From contig CAYGRZ010000004.1 in assembly GCA_964352425.1 (NCBI GenBank), forward strand, positions 2,647 to 66,646: a DNA stretch of 64,000 nt, in the 5' to 3' direction. The notes beneath the pieces were generated by a model, which was given only the letters and a program-made list of their open reading frames with translations, did not search any database and was not told the origin of the DNA. This document shows, piece after piece, positions 19,128 through 27,146 of the stretch. Source of the stretch: an uncultured Planctomycetia bacterium. GTDB lineage: Bacteria > Omnitrophota > Gorgyraeia > 2-01-FULL-45-10. Within the stretch, counting starts at the first letter, position 1; every line of letters starts with the position of its first letter. The translations under genes and the position numbers were made by a program.

Positions 19128-19162
19128 GCGGATAGGCGCTTCTGTGAGATGCGCCTATCCGC
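19128..19162 (-). terminator. Perfect 12-bp GC-rich hairpin (gcggataggcgc / gcgcctatccgc, 11-nt loop) 15 nt after the stop of the CBM-only gene. It is probably a partial terminator or an mRNA-stabilising stem-loop.
   Basis: Read directly. It is followed on the minus strand by a TTTATG context and the RBS of the next gene. Confidence 0.5.
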
Positions 19163-19176
19163 TGCGATACCGGTGC

Positions 19177-19800
19177 TTATTTGTTCTTCGTGAACCTGAT
19201 GTTGTCTACGTAGATAACGCCCTTCTTGTTCGATGCGATCCTGTCTTCGAACACGACGACGAACTCGGTCAGATTCGAGAAATCGGTCAACCCCTTGAAC
19301 TCCTTCAGCGGGATGACGATATCCTGCCACGTATCGGTGACGCTGGTCACGTAGTAGCGGCCGATCTGCTTCGCGGTGTTCTTTAGCTCCACCTTGAAGA
19401 CGGTGGTGTAACCGACTTTGCCGTCACCTTTGACCCACAAAGCGACGTTGTCATACTTCGACGCATCGAAGTTCTGGAGCATCATCCAGAAACCGTTGTA
19501 CGCCGGGTTCTTGGACTCGACCGAATAGTCGAGCTTCATCGCGAAACCCGTCGAACCCTGCCTGTTGACGCTGTCAAACGCTTCGTTGCACCCCTGCGAG
19601 AAATCTGTGGGGTCTTTGTTCCACGCTCCGAAGTCACCTCCGATATTGTTCGGCTTCTCACCGCTGTTGAAGTCAGCGATAATGAACTCGTTCCCGCTGG
19701 CCTTTGCGGCAGCAGGCGCATCGGCTGCGCACGCGATGCCGGCCACGAGCACGACCGTCATGACCACTATCATGGCGGCATAGATACATCTCTTAACCAT
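19177..19800 (-). CDS. Small secreted protein consisting only of a signal peptide and a CBM-like beta-sandwich domain (CBM11-like; paralog 5).
   Basis: Signal peptide VVMTVVLVAGIACAA, then a ~170-aa domain ending in KKGVIYVDNIRFTK. Confidence 0.55.
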   Translation of the reverse strand: MVKRCIYAAMIVVMTVVLVAGIACAADAPAAAKASGNEFIIADFNSGEKPNNIGGDFGAWNKDPTDFSQGCNEAFDSVNRQGSTGFAMKLDYSVESKNPAYNGFWMMLQNFDASKYDNVALWVKGDGKVGYTTVFKVELKNTAKQIGRYYVTSVTDTWQDIVIPLKEFKGLTDFSNLTEFVVVFEDRIASNKKGVIYVDNIRFTKNK

Positions 19801-20015
19801 AACCTCCTCCTTTCTTTTTCTTTTTAAACCCTTCGACGCATCCCTGAGCTTAACTCCGGGGTATTTGCTCAGGGTTTATACTGAGCCGTGTCGAAGTATA
19901 AGTCTTTCACCACAGAGTATACTACAGGGCCCATTAAAAACAGGTTAGAAGAATATTATAATTCTCTAATGTGGGGGGCGCCTTCAACCATATTTTTGGG
20001 ACAGTGCCTGACGTG
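19801..20015 (-). promoter_or_regulatory. 215-nt promoter/operator region upstream of the CBM-GH144-TPR-GH94 gene string. It contains an inverted repeat GCTCAG-N8-CTGAGC and three GTATA/TATAC half-sites spaced ~20 bp apart, making it a candidate response-regulator binding site.
   Basis: Direct reading. It lies immediately downstream of the histidine-kinase gene and upstream of 19177..19800. Confidence 0.35.
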
Positions 20016-21488
20016 CTAGGCTATAGGCAGGGTAACGGTGAACGTGGTGCCGGCGCTGTACCGGCTCTTCACCGTGATCGTGCCGCCGTGGGCGTCGACG
20101 ACCGACTTGACGATGCTGAGTCCCAGGCCGAACCCCTGGTCTGTCCTGGACTTGTCCGCGCGGTAGAAGCGGTCGAATACGTGGGCGAGGTGCTCTCCGG
20201 TCATGCCGATGCCGGTGTCCTGTATCTCTATCCTGGCCAGCCCGCCGTCCCGTGCGGCGCGTACCGTTATCATGCCGGAGGGGTTCGTGTACTTTACGGC
20301 GTTGTCGAGCAGGTTGAAGAAGAGCTGCTTCAGCTGCTGCTCGTCGGCCTTCACCATTATCCCGTCGGCTTTGATGACCCTTACCTCTATATCCTTCTTC
20401 AGGGCAAGCTTCCCGATCGTGTTGGCGATGCCCTGCACGAGGATGCCCAGGTCGAGGTCCCTGCGCTCCTGCAGGATCTTCTTCGATTCGAAGCTCGCCA
20501 GCATCAGCAGGTTGTCGACGAGGCGTATGATCTTGTTCGCTTCTTCAAGGCTCGACTTCAGGACCGCCTCATACTCTTCGGCTGAGCGCATCTTCTTCAG
20601 TATCACCTCGAACTCCCCCTTCATGACGGTGAGCGGCGTCTTCAGGTCATGGGAGAGGTCTTCGAACAGCCGTTTCTGCGAGGTGAAGGCGCTGTCGAGC
20701 CGTGCGAGCATATCGTTGAAGGTCTCGGCGAGCTTCTCTATCTCGTCGCGGGTGCCGGGCAGGGCGAGCTTCAGCTTCATATTCTCGGCGGTGATCGCGT
20801 GTATCGTCTTTATCATGCTGTCGACCGGCCGCAGCGTGATCGTCGCCAGGAGCGAGCCCATGATACCGGTCAGGAGCACCGTGAGCGGGAAGAGTATGAA
20901 GAGCGTGACCTTCATTGTATCGAGCGTCGTCTGGATCGAGGTTAAGGGGCTGGCGACCTCGACAACGTATTCGACGCGCTCATTCTGGACCGCGGGCGTG
21001 ATGAAAACGCGGAACCGGACGAGCTTCTTCGTCGGAAATGACGGCTCAAGCGTATCGAAGATCGATGTGCCGTCCAGGGCCGAGATAAAGACATCTTCGG
21101 AAATTCTCGCTATCCCCTGGGTATTCCTTGATGAGGCCACGACCGTACCGTCGGGGTCATAGATCTGGATGATGATGTCGAGGAGCTTCGGGTCCTTGTA
21201 GCGCTCCTGGACCCATTTCTGGGCTATCGTGGCGAAGTCTATCATCTCGTCCTTGGCGTACTGGTCCGGACCGGTGCCGTACCGCTTGGTGCCGAGCTTC
21301 TCGGTCGCCCAGTAGGTGTTGATAGCGTGGATGATGCCTTCGGCCTTTGAGCGCAGGAGCGTGTCCATGTTCTCGTGGAGGCTCATCCTGACGTAGTGGT
21401 GGAGGGCGGCGCTGAATACGGAAAGCGTCAGCGCCAGTATCGCCATATAGACGATCGTGATCTTGAAGCGGATGGATTTGTAGAACAT
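20016..21488 (-). CDS. Sensor histidine kinase (2 TM, periplasmic sensor, HAMP, HisKA, HATPase_c).
   Basis: H-box LSHDLKTPLTV. The N, G1 and G2 boxes are present (QLFFNLLDNAVKYT, IQDTGIGM, GFGLGLSIV). Confidence 0.85.
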   Translation of the reverse strand: MFYKSIRFKITIVYMAILALTLSVFSAALHHYVRMSLHENMDTLLRSKAEGIIHAINTYWATEKLGTKRYGTGPDQYAKDEMIDFATIAQKWVQERYKDPKLLDIIIQIYDPDGTVVASSRNTQGIARISEDVFISALDGTSIFDTLEPSFPTKKLVRFRVFITPAVQNERVEYVVEVASPLTSIQTTLDTMKVTLFILFPLTVLLTGIMGSLLATITLRPVDSMIKTIHAITAENMKLKLALPGTRDEIEKLAETFNDMLARLDSAFTSQKRLFEDLSHDLKTPLTVMKGEFEVILKKMRSAEEYEAVLKSSLEEANKIIRLVDNLLMLASFESKKILQERRDLDLGILVQGIANTIGKLALKKDIEVRVIKADGIMVKADEQQLKQLFFNLLDNAVKYTNPSGMITVRAARDGGLARIEIQDTGIGMTGEHLAHVFDRFYRADKSRTDQGFGLGLSIVKSVVDAHGGTITVKSRYSAGTTFTVTLPIA

Positions 21489-21512
21489 GCGAGGTGCTTA
21501 TGCCCTTTTCCT

Positions 21513-22181
21513 TTATTCTTTCAGAATGTATCCCCTGCCGCGGACCGTCTGGATCAGCTTCTTGTCGAAGTCAGAGTCTATCTTATTGCGCAGGTAATTT
21601 ATGTAAACGTCGATGACGTTCGTGAAGGTGTCGAAATCGATGTCCCAGACGTGCTCGGATATCATCGTCCTCGTGACGATCGTGTTCTTGTTGCGCATCA
21701 GATATTCGAGCAGGGAATATTCTTTGGCGGTCAGCTCGATCTGCCTGGCGCCGCGGGTGACCTTGTGCGTCAAAAGGTCGAGCGCCAGATCCCCCGCCAG
21801 GAGATTCGTGGCCGCCTGCGGGCCCTTCTTCCTTAATATGGCGCGGACGCGCGCCAGCAATTCTTCGAACGCGAACGGTTTCGTGATATAGTCGTCGGCG
21901 CCGGAATCGAGGCCGGTGACCTTGTCCTGGACGGAGGTCTTCGCGGTGAGCATGATGACGGGCGCGGCAGTTCTCTTCTCTTTGAGGGTTCTGCAGACGG
22001 CCATGCCGTCCATCTTCGGGAGCATCAGGTCGAGCAGGATGAGGTCGTAGTCGTTCGTCGTGGCCAGGAAGAGCCCCTGCTCGCCGTCATACGCCACGTC
22101 GACGGCGTAGCCCTCCTCTTTCAGGCCGCGCTTCACGAAATCGGCGATCTTCTTTTCGTCTTCGATGACAAGGATGCGCAC
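21513..22181 (-). CDS. OmpR-family response regulator (receiver domain plus winged-helix domain). The true start is GTG at 22181.
   Basis: VRILVIEDEKK...DLILLDLMLPKMDG...LTAKT for the receiver, and a C-terminal wHTH (TRGARQIELTAKEYSLLEYLM...VRGRGYIL). The longer track ORF (to 22406) overlaps the SBP gene and codes for a Arg/Gln-rich low-complexity N-extension. Confidence 0.8.
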   Translation of the reverse strand: MRILVIEDEKKIADFVKRGLKEEGYAVDVAYDGEQGLFLATTNDYDLILLDLMLPKMDGMAVCRTLKEKRTAAPVIMLTAKTSVQDKVTGLDSGADDYITKPFAFEELLARVRAILRKKGPQAATNLLAGDLALDLLTHKVTRGARQIELTAKEYSLLEYLMRNKNTIVTRTMISEHVWDIDFDTFTNVIDVYINYLRNKIDSDFDKKLIQTVRGRGYILKE

Positions 22182-22183
22182 TG

Positions 22184-23509
22184 CTAGTAACTCTTCTCGC
22201 CCTTCAGCAGGCTGTCGACTTTTCCCTTGAAAGCCTTCACGGCCTCTTCGACGGTCTTTGTGCCGCTGAAGACGAGGTCCCACTCCGGTATGATGTACAT
22301 CTCCCTGGCCTCCCGCCACGACCCGCTGAACGGCTCGTAGACGACGTAGCGCATGGCGTCGTTCAGCATCTTCTTGTTGTGGGGGACCTTGCCGTCGTAG
22401 GCCCACAGGTTCGACATCGCTATTGTCATGATCGCCGGCTGCGCCAGGCCCGTCTCCGCGAGCTTCATCTGCGCTGCCCGCCCGGTGAGCGCCTTGATGA
22501 CCTCAAAGGCCTCCTTCGGGTGTTTCGTATCCTTCAATATGCAGTAACCGGAGCCGCCCGTGCCGAAGCCGCGCTTGCCATTGGGGCCCCTCGGGAACAT
22601 CGCGACGTCCCAGTCGAATTCCGTTATCTTCCGCAGGCCCGGCGTCTCCCATATACCCGACGAGAACATCGCCAGGCGCCCCGTCATGAACATGCCCTGG
22701 ACCCCCATCGCCATATTGCTCATCGTCACCGACGACGGCTGGACTTTGTATTTGTTGATGAGGTCTGTGTAGAACTGCATGCCGGCGAGAGCCTCTTTCG
22801 AGCCGAGCGTGCACTCGGTCGGGTTCTTCACGTTGTTGACGAGCGTCCCGCCGAACGCGTAGACGAAGTTCTGCCAGGCCCACGCGTAGAAGCCGTACTG
22901 GGTGACGCGCCCATCCTTGTCGAGCCTGGTGAGCTTCTTTGCCTTATCGAGCATGTCGTTTACATCCCAACCGTCATCCGGATACGGGATGCCCGCTTCG
23001 TCGAAGAGCTTCTTGTTGTAGTAGACGCAGGCGAACGGCGCGGTGTCGCGCGGTATCGAATAGAGCTTCCCGCCGACGGTAAAACGGTTGATGATCTCAG
23101 GGTAGAACTCCTGGAGCTTGAAGTCGGGGTCGCCGGTGACATACGGGGTGAGGTCTAAGAGGACATCCTTGGTCTGGAACGTGACGAAGAGGTCGACCTC
23201 GGTGCAGATGATATCCGGCGCCGCGCGGCCGGCGATGCGTGTCAAGAGCTTATCGATGTAGCCGCGGTACGGTGTGTGCTCGAGCCGCACGATGATGCCG
23301 GGATGGGACGCCTGCCATGCGCTGATGATATCGCTTGTGATATTCACTTCGTCGGGCGCGCCCCAGAAGGCGACCTTTATCTCGACGGGGCCGGGGAGCC
23401 CTGCGCCGCCTTTCGGAGACGGAGCCTCTTTACTGCCGCATCCGGAAAAAACGAGCACCAGTGACAGCGCTGCCACCAGGAAGGACGCGTGCGACTTTCG
23501 TATTCTCAC
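22184..23509 (-). CDS. Extracellular solute-binding lipoprotein of a carbohydrate ABC transporter (SBP family 1).
   Basis: Lipoprotein signal (LVLVFSGCGS) and a periplasmic-binding fold of typical ~440-aa length. Its stop lies 2 nt before the RR start. Confidence 0.75.
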   Translation of the reverse strand: MRIRKSHASFLVAALSLVLVFSGCGSKEAPSPKGGAGLPGPVEIKVAFWGAPDEVNITSDIISAWQASHPGIIVRLEHTPYRGYIDKLLTRIAGRAAPDIICTEVDLFVTFQTKDVLLDLTPYVTGDPDFKLQEFYPEIINRFTVGGKLYSIPRDTAPFACVYYNKKLFDEAGIPYPDDGWDVNDMLDKAKKLTRLDKDGRVTQYGFYAWAWQNFVYAFGGTLVNNVKNPTECTLGSKEALAGMQFYTDLINKYKVQPSSVTMSNMAMGVQGMFMTGRLAMFSSGIWETPGLRKITEFDWDVAMFPRGPNGKRGFGTGGSGYCILKDTKHPKEAFEVIKALTGRAAQMKLAETGLAQPAIMTIAMSNLWAYDGKVPHNKKMLNDAMRYVVYEPFSGSWREAREMYIIPEWDLVFSGTKTVEEAVKAFKGKVDSLLKGEKSY

Positions 23510-23538
23510 CCCGTATGATCCTTTCCTTTATGCCGATG

Positions 23539-25017
23539 TTACATGAAGAAGTAGACTTTAAAATAAACCGTTGGCAGGAAATCGTCGATATTGTAGAAGT
23601 GGTTGCCGCGCACACCGACGTCGACCCGTATGACGCCGGGCGCATAATATTCGAGGCCCGCCAGCCATCCGATATTATCAAAATCAGACATATTGAGACC
23701 GGCGCTGAGATCGAACCCTGCCTGGACCCACAACTTGTCATAGACCCTGTACTGGGCTCTCGATTCCCAGGTAAGGGCCAGAGCCGTGACGTCGAACGGA
23801 GCCGGGAGCGGCATGCCACCTGCATACCCCGGAGGAGCAGCCCACCACGCATTATCCTGGGAATTAGTGTGGCCTAATGCGTATTTCAGCATGGTGTAGC
23901 CTTTGAACCTGTCATTGAAGTCGTGGCCGACACGGCCCGATATCTCGTATTTTTCATATATGTTGCTGAACGGCGAATAGACGTCGATCGAATAGCTGAA
24001 CCGGCCTGTGTAGCTGGTCTTCATGTCTTTCGATTTGAGCCTCAGCTCGCCGGCGATAAGATAATGGTCGGGCTTATACGCCCAATCGCAATTGTAATGA
24101 TTGGATTTAAAATACTCACCCTGAGCGAAGAGTTCGCAGCGGGGGTTCGGCGCGAGCGCCTGATTGATATAGTAGGTGCTTCTATATTCCGTCGACGAAT
24201 GGAAATCCCAGTTATGCAGGGTATCGAATGATTTTTGATTTATATTCGAGAACCGGTACCCTATATTGGACGTGTACATCCACCCGATGGGATCGATCTT
24301 GTCCATCGAGATTATCGAGATGTCGTGCTGGAACCAGTTTGAGGCTTTGAGGTCGGGATATTTCGGATAGTATTCCCTGTACACATCGCGGTAATCCAGG
24401 GTATACCGTATCTGGCCTTGCGTGTCACTCTTGGATGCATTCGGATCGCTTACCGTGAACTCGGTACCGTAGGCCCGCACGGCAAGCGGCACGATGATAC
24501 TTCGGTAATTAGCATGCGTCATCTCTACGCTATTTTGCCGCCAGCGATGGAAATCACTCCATATATACTGCATCTCTTTCGCCATGATCATATAGGCGTC
24601 GATCGGCTTCGGCTCGTTGTATATCTCGATCCTCTGGCCGACGCCTATCGATGGGCTCTTCAGGATCTTTTCGGGTATCTTCACACCGGCGAATGTCTCG
24701 TACGATACCTCGGTGCCTATCCTGTTGGGGTCTATCTTCTTAAGGACATATATCTCTTGCGGCTGTTCGACGGTGGGCAGGTCGATCTTCTCCGCCGGCT
24801 GGCTCAGGGTAAGCTCCTGCTTGGCGTCCGCAGGCTGGCGTGCGGGTTGGGACGGCGCCGGTTGACTCGGCGAGCTCTCTTGGGTGCTCTGAGCCGTCTT
24901 GGTCAGGTTGAGTTCGTCATAATTCTCGGCAGCTGCGAGAGTTATAAAAATAACGGCATACAGGCATGAGATGAAGGTAATGGCGTTGAAGATGGCGCGG
25001 TATTCCTGTCTTCCCAT
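23539..25017 (-). CDS. Putative outer-membrane beta-barrel (porin-like) protein, 492 aa.
   Basis: N-terminal signal-like segment. The sequence is very rich in Tyr/Trp/Gly/Asn with alternating amphipathic beta-strand patterns (LALTWESRAQYRVYDKLWVQAGFDLSAG), and the C-terminus is aromatic-rich (VYFKVYFFM). I recognised no enzymatic motif. Confidence 0.35.
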   Translation of the reverse strand: MGRQEYRAIFNAITFISCLYAVIFITLAAAENYDELNLTKTAQSTQESSPSQPAPSQPARQPADAKQELTLSQPAEKIDLPTVEQPQEIYVLKKIDPNRIGTEVSYETFAGVKIPEKILKSPSIGVGQRIEIYNEPKPIDAYMIMAKEMQYIWSDFHRWRQNSVEMTHANYRSIIVPLAVRAYGTEFTVSDPNASKSDTQGQIRYTLDYRDVYREYYPKYPDLKASNWFQHDISIISMDKIDPIGWMYTSNIGYRFSNINQKSFDTLHNWDFHSSTEYRSTYYINQALAPNPRCELFAQGEYFKSNHYNCDWAYKPDHYLIAGELRLKSKDMKTSYTGRFSYSIDVYSPFSNIYEKYEISGRVGHDFNDRFKGYTMLKYALGHTNSQDNAWWAAPPGYAGGMPLPAPFDVTALALTWESRAQYRVYDKLWVQAGFDLSAGLNMSDFDNIGWLAGLEYYAPGVIRVDVGVRGNHFYNIDDFLPTVYFKVYFFM

Positions 25018-25088
25018 CGGGTCTTCCCCCTTATCGGTTAGATACCAGTATAGTAATATTATGTTCTAATAACATACCTGCATTATCG

Positions 25089-26366
25089 CTATTTGTCAAA
25101 TTTATTTTCGGTTTTACCGGCACTCGTGTCTTTGACGGTGAGGCAGAGGGCTATCCACTTTTTTACGGCATCCAGCCGCATGAACTCGCTCCAGATAAGA
25201 GACGTCCTGTAGTTCTCGATCATGAGAAGCGTGATCCCCACGTCTATGCCGAGATACTCTTCCGCCCACCACCCCTTATCGAGGTTAAAGGCATCCTTGA
25301 AGCCGTATTTGCCGTACAGGAAGTTCTTATGTTGTTCGTGGAGGTTCTTCAGGCCGGCGATCGATGCCTGCCAGTCAAAGACGATCGAACCTGCCATCGC
25401 GCAGGGCGCGATCGTGCCGTCATTCAGGGCCGCGCCGGGTTTGGCGCCGTATCCCTTGTAGCCTTCCGGCCCGAGGCAGGCTGTCAGCCCCCACGAGTTC
25501 TCATCGTATGTCGTGTAGCTGACGGCATTGTCCGCGCAGAAGGCGCGGTTCGCCTTGACCGCGTTGACCGAATTCTCGAAATAGTTTATGCCGCCGTCGT
25601 AGAGGTTGCGGAAGTCGATGAAGGCGTGCGAATACTGGTACGTGAAGAGGCTCCCCGTATAGCAATAGACGACCTTGAAATCTTTGTACGTATCCACGGG
25701 CCGCGCCCACGCCTTCCATGACTCGGCCGGGATCGGATGGGTCGGGGAACCTATCGCGAGGGCGTAGAGTATCATCGCCTCGCTGTACGAGTCCCAGTAA
25801 TACCACAGGAAACCCGATTCCGGTCTCCAGCCCATACACAGGACGGACTTACCGTTCAGCATCCACGGCCAGTCGACCCGCTCGTAGATCTGCCGTGCTA
25901 TCAGCTGGGCCTCTGTCCCCTTAAAATGTTCGCCCGCGTAAAGCGCGCCGGCGATGAAGAGCGCGGTGTCGATCGATGAGACCTCGGAATTCCACGTCCT
26001 TGAGCCCGTACGCATATCGAGGAAATGGTAGAGAAAGCCGTGCTCGTTCGGGACGACGTCCCTGAAGGTCTTCAGCGTCGTTAAGATCCGCTCGTACGCC
26101 TTCTCGCGGTCTATCCAGCCGCGCGATTCGCCGACGCATATCGCGGCGAGGCCGAAGCCCACCGCCGCGACGCTGCAGGGCGCCCCGGGGCGGGAGCTGT
26201 CCTTGATAAGGCCGTTGGCGGGGTTCGCCTGCTGCGCGAAATAGAGGATCGAGTCGTACTCGAGCCGGTCGAGAAATCTTTCGTCGGGAGTGGAAGCTTC
26301 GAGAGGGCAGGCATATCCGAGTACGAGCGATACGGATACCAAAAGGGCTACGGTCTTCAGGGTCAT
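25089..26366 (-). CDS. Secreted GH144/DUF3131-like (alpha/alpha)6 glycoside hydrolase (paralog 3, no CBM). The start is ATG at 26366.
   Basis: The signal peptide MTLKTVALLVSVSLVLGYA starts at the internal Met. The 29-aa Arg/Gly-rich extension in the track ORF overlaps the upstream gene and is rejected. Domain motifs are EHGFLYHFLDMRTG and SIDTALFIAGALYAGEHF. Confidence 0.55.
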   Translation of the reverse strand: MTLKTVALLVSVSLVLGYACPLEASTPDERFLDRLEYDSILYFAQQANPANGLIKDSSRPGAPCSVAAVGFGLAAICVGESRGWIDREKAYERILTTLKTFRDVVPNEHGFLYHFLDMRTGSRTWNSEVSSIDTALFIAGALYAGEHFKGTEAQLIARQIYERVDWPWMLNGKSVLCMGWRPESGFLWYYWDSYSEAMILYALAIGSPTHPIPAESWKAWARPVDTYKDFKVVYCYTGSLFTYQYSHAFIDFRNLYDGGINYFENSVNAVKANRAFCADNAVSYTTYDENSWGLTACLGPEGYKGYGAKPGAALNDGTIAPCAMAGSIVFDWQASIAGLKNLHEQHKNFLYGKYGFKDAFNLDKGWWAEEYLGIDVGITLLMIENYRTSLIWSEFMRLDAVKKWIALCLTVKDTSAGKTENKFDK

Positions 26367-27031
26367 GTCTTGTACTTCGCCAGGACGGCGTCTATCTCCT
26401 TTATCGCCTGCCTCATCGCGTCGGCGTCCTGGCCCTTCACCTGGCCCAGACATGCGCCCATCTTTGATTCGAGCGCCGCGGTAGCCGCTTTTATCCTGCC
26501 AAAATCGCTCTGGAGCGAATCGACCATCGACTCCAGCGCGCCGGCCGTGTCCTTCATCTCGTCCGATTTCCGCAGGCGGAAACTGACGCGAAGGTCGCCG
26601 CCCTGTATGGCAGCGGCCGAGCGCTCTATCCGGTACATGGGGCCGGCGATCTTATGCGAGAAGAATATGCCGGCGATGAAGATGAGGACGAAGAGTATTA
26701 TTATCTTGGGAAGGAGCGACCGGTTGACCGAATGGAGCGCGTCCTTGATCGCCGCGCGTTCCCGCTCGCTCAGGAGCTCCGCCTCCCTGAATATCCGCTC
26801 GAGGCGGTAGTCGCCCTTCTGGTACCTGGCCTGCTCGTAGTCGGCAATGCGACGCGCGGTCTCGAGGTTCTGGGAGACCTTGAACTTCGAGAAATTCTCG
26901 ATGATCGAACCCCACATGCCCAGGTACAGGCCCAGGAAGCTTGCGGCCATCACGACCACGAGCATTCCCACGATCATGAAGGTATATTTGAGCTGGAACT
27001 CTTTCTTGATGAGATAATTCCTGCGCTTCAT
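26363..27031 (-). CDS. Small membrane protein with two TM helices and a HAMP-like domain but no output domain.
   Basis: TM1 and TM2 flank an ~80-aa periplasmic segment. It carries a HAMP-like amphipathic helix pair (HKIAGPMYRIERSAAAIQGGDLRVSF...DEMKDTAGALESMVDSLQ). ATGA overlap (TGA at 26363-5, ATG at 26364-6) couples it to the GH144-like gene. Confidence 0.5.
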   Translation of the reverse strand: MKRRNYLIKKEFQLKYTFMIVGMLVVVMAASFLGLYLGMWGSIIENFSKFKVSQNLETARRIADYEQARYQKGDYRLERIFREAELLSERERAAIKDALHSVNRSLLPKIIILFVLIFIAGIFFSHKIAGPMYRIERSAAAIQGGDLRVSFRLRKSDEMKDTAGALESMVDSLQSDFGRIKAATAALESKMGACLGQVKGQDADAMRQAIKEIDAVLAKYKT

Positions 27032-27086
27032 ATTCCCCTCCCGTATTTAGTGCTCATGATTATATCATACTGGCATAAATAAACAA

Positions 27087-27116
27087 GGGGTCAGGCCCCG
27101 CAATGGGCCTGACCCC
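27087..27116 (-). terminator. Rho-independent terminator following the 2656-aa giant gene.
   Basis: Perfect 12-bp GC stem (ggggtcaggccc / gggcctgacccc) with a 6-nt loop. On the minus strand it is followed by TTGTTTATTTAT. Confidence 0.75.
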
Positions 27117-27146
27117 TGTCAGTAGTGAACGGCCAGTCAGTATGTG

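Noticed and set aside
16814-19330. Longer start for the CBM/GH144-like gene, 75 extra residues.
   Set aside because: The extension overlaps the 3-prime end of gene 19177..19800 and a hairpin. The signal peptide and a GAGGA SD support the ATG at 19105.
19801-20015. Search for a tRNA or small RNA gene in the largest intergenic regions (19801-20015, 35118-35356, 426-587).
   Set aside because: No cloverleaf-compatible arrangement (acceptor stem plus T-loop GTTC-like box) was apparent. The regions are better explained as promoter/operator or structured-leader DNA.
21513-22406. Longer, 297-aa version of the response-regulator ORF.
   Set aside because: The N-terminal 75 residues are Arg/Gln/Gly-rich, overlap the SBP gene by 220 nt, and precede the conserved receiver start VRILVIEDE. 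I preferred the GTG at 22181, located 2 nt after the SBP stop.
25089-26453. Longer start for the GH144-like gene, 29 extra residues MSGPGEGPGRRRDEAGDK...
   Set aside because: The extension is low-complexity, overlaps the upstream HAMP gene by 90 nt, and precedes an obvious signal peptide that starts at the internal Met, which forms an ATGA overlap with the upstream stop.
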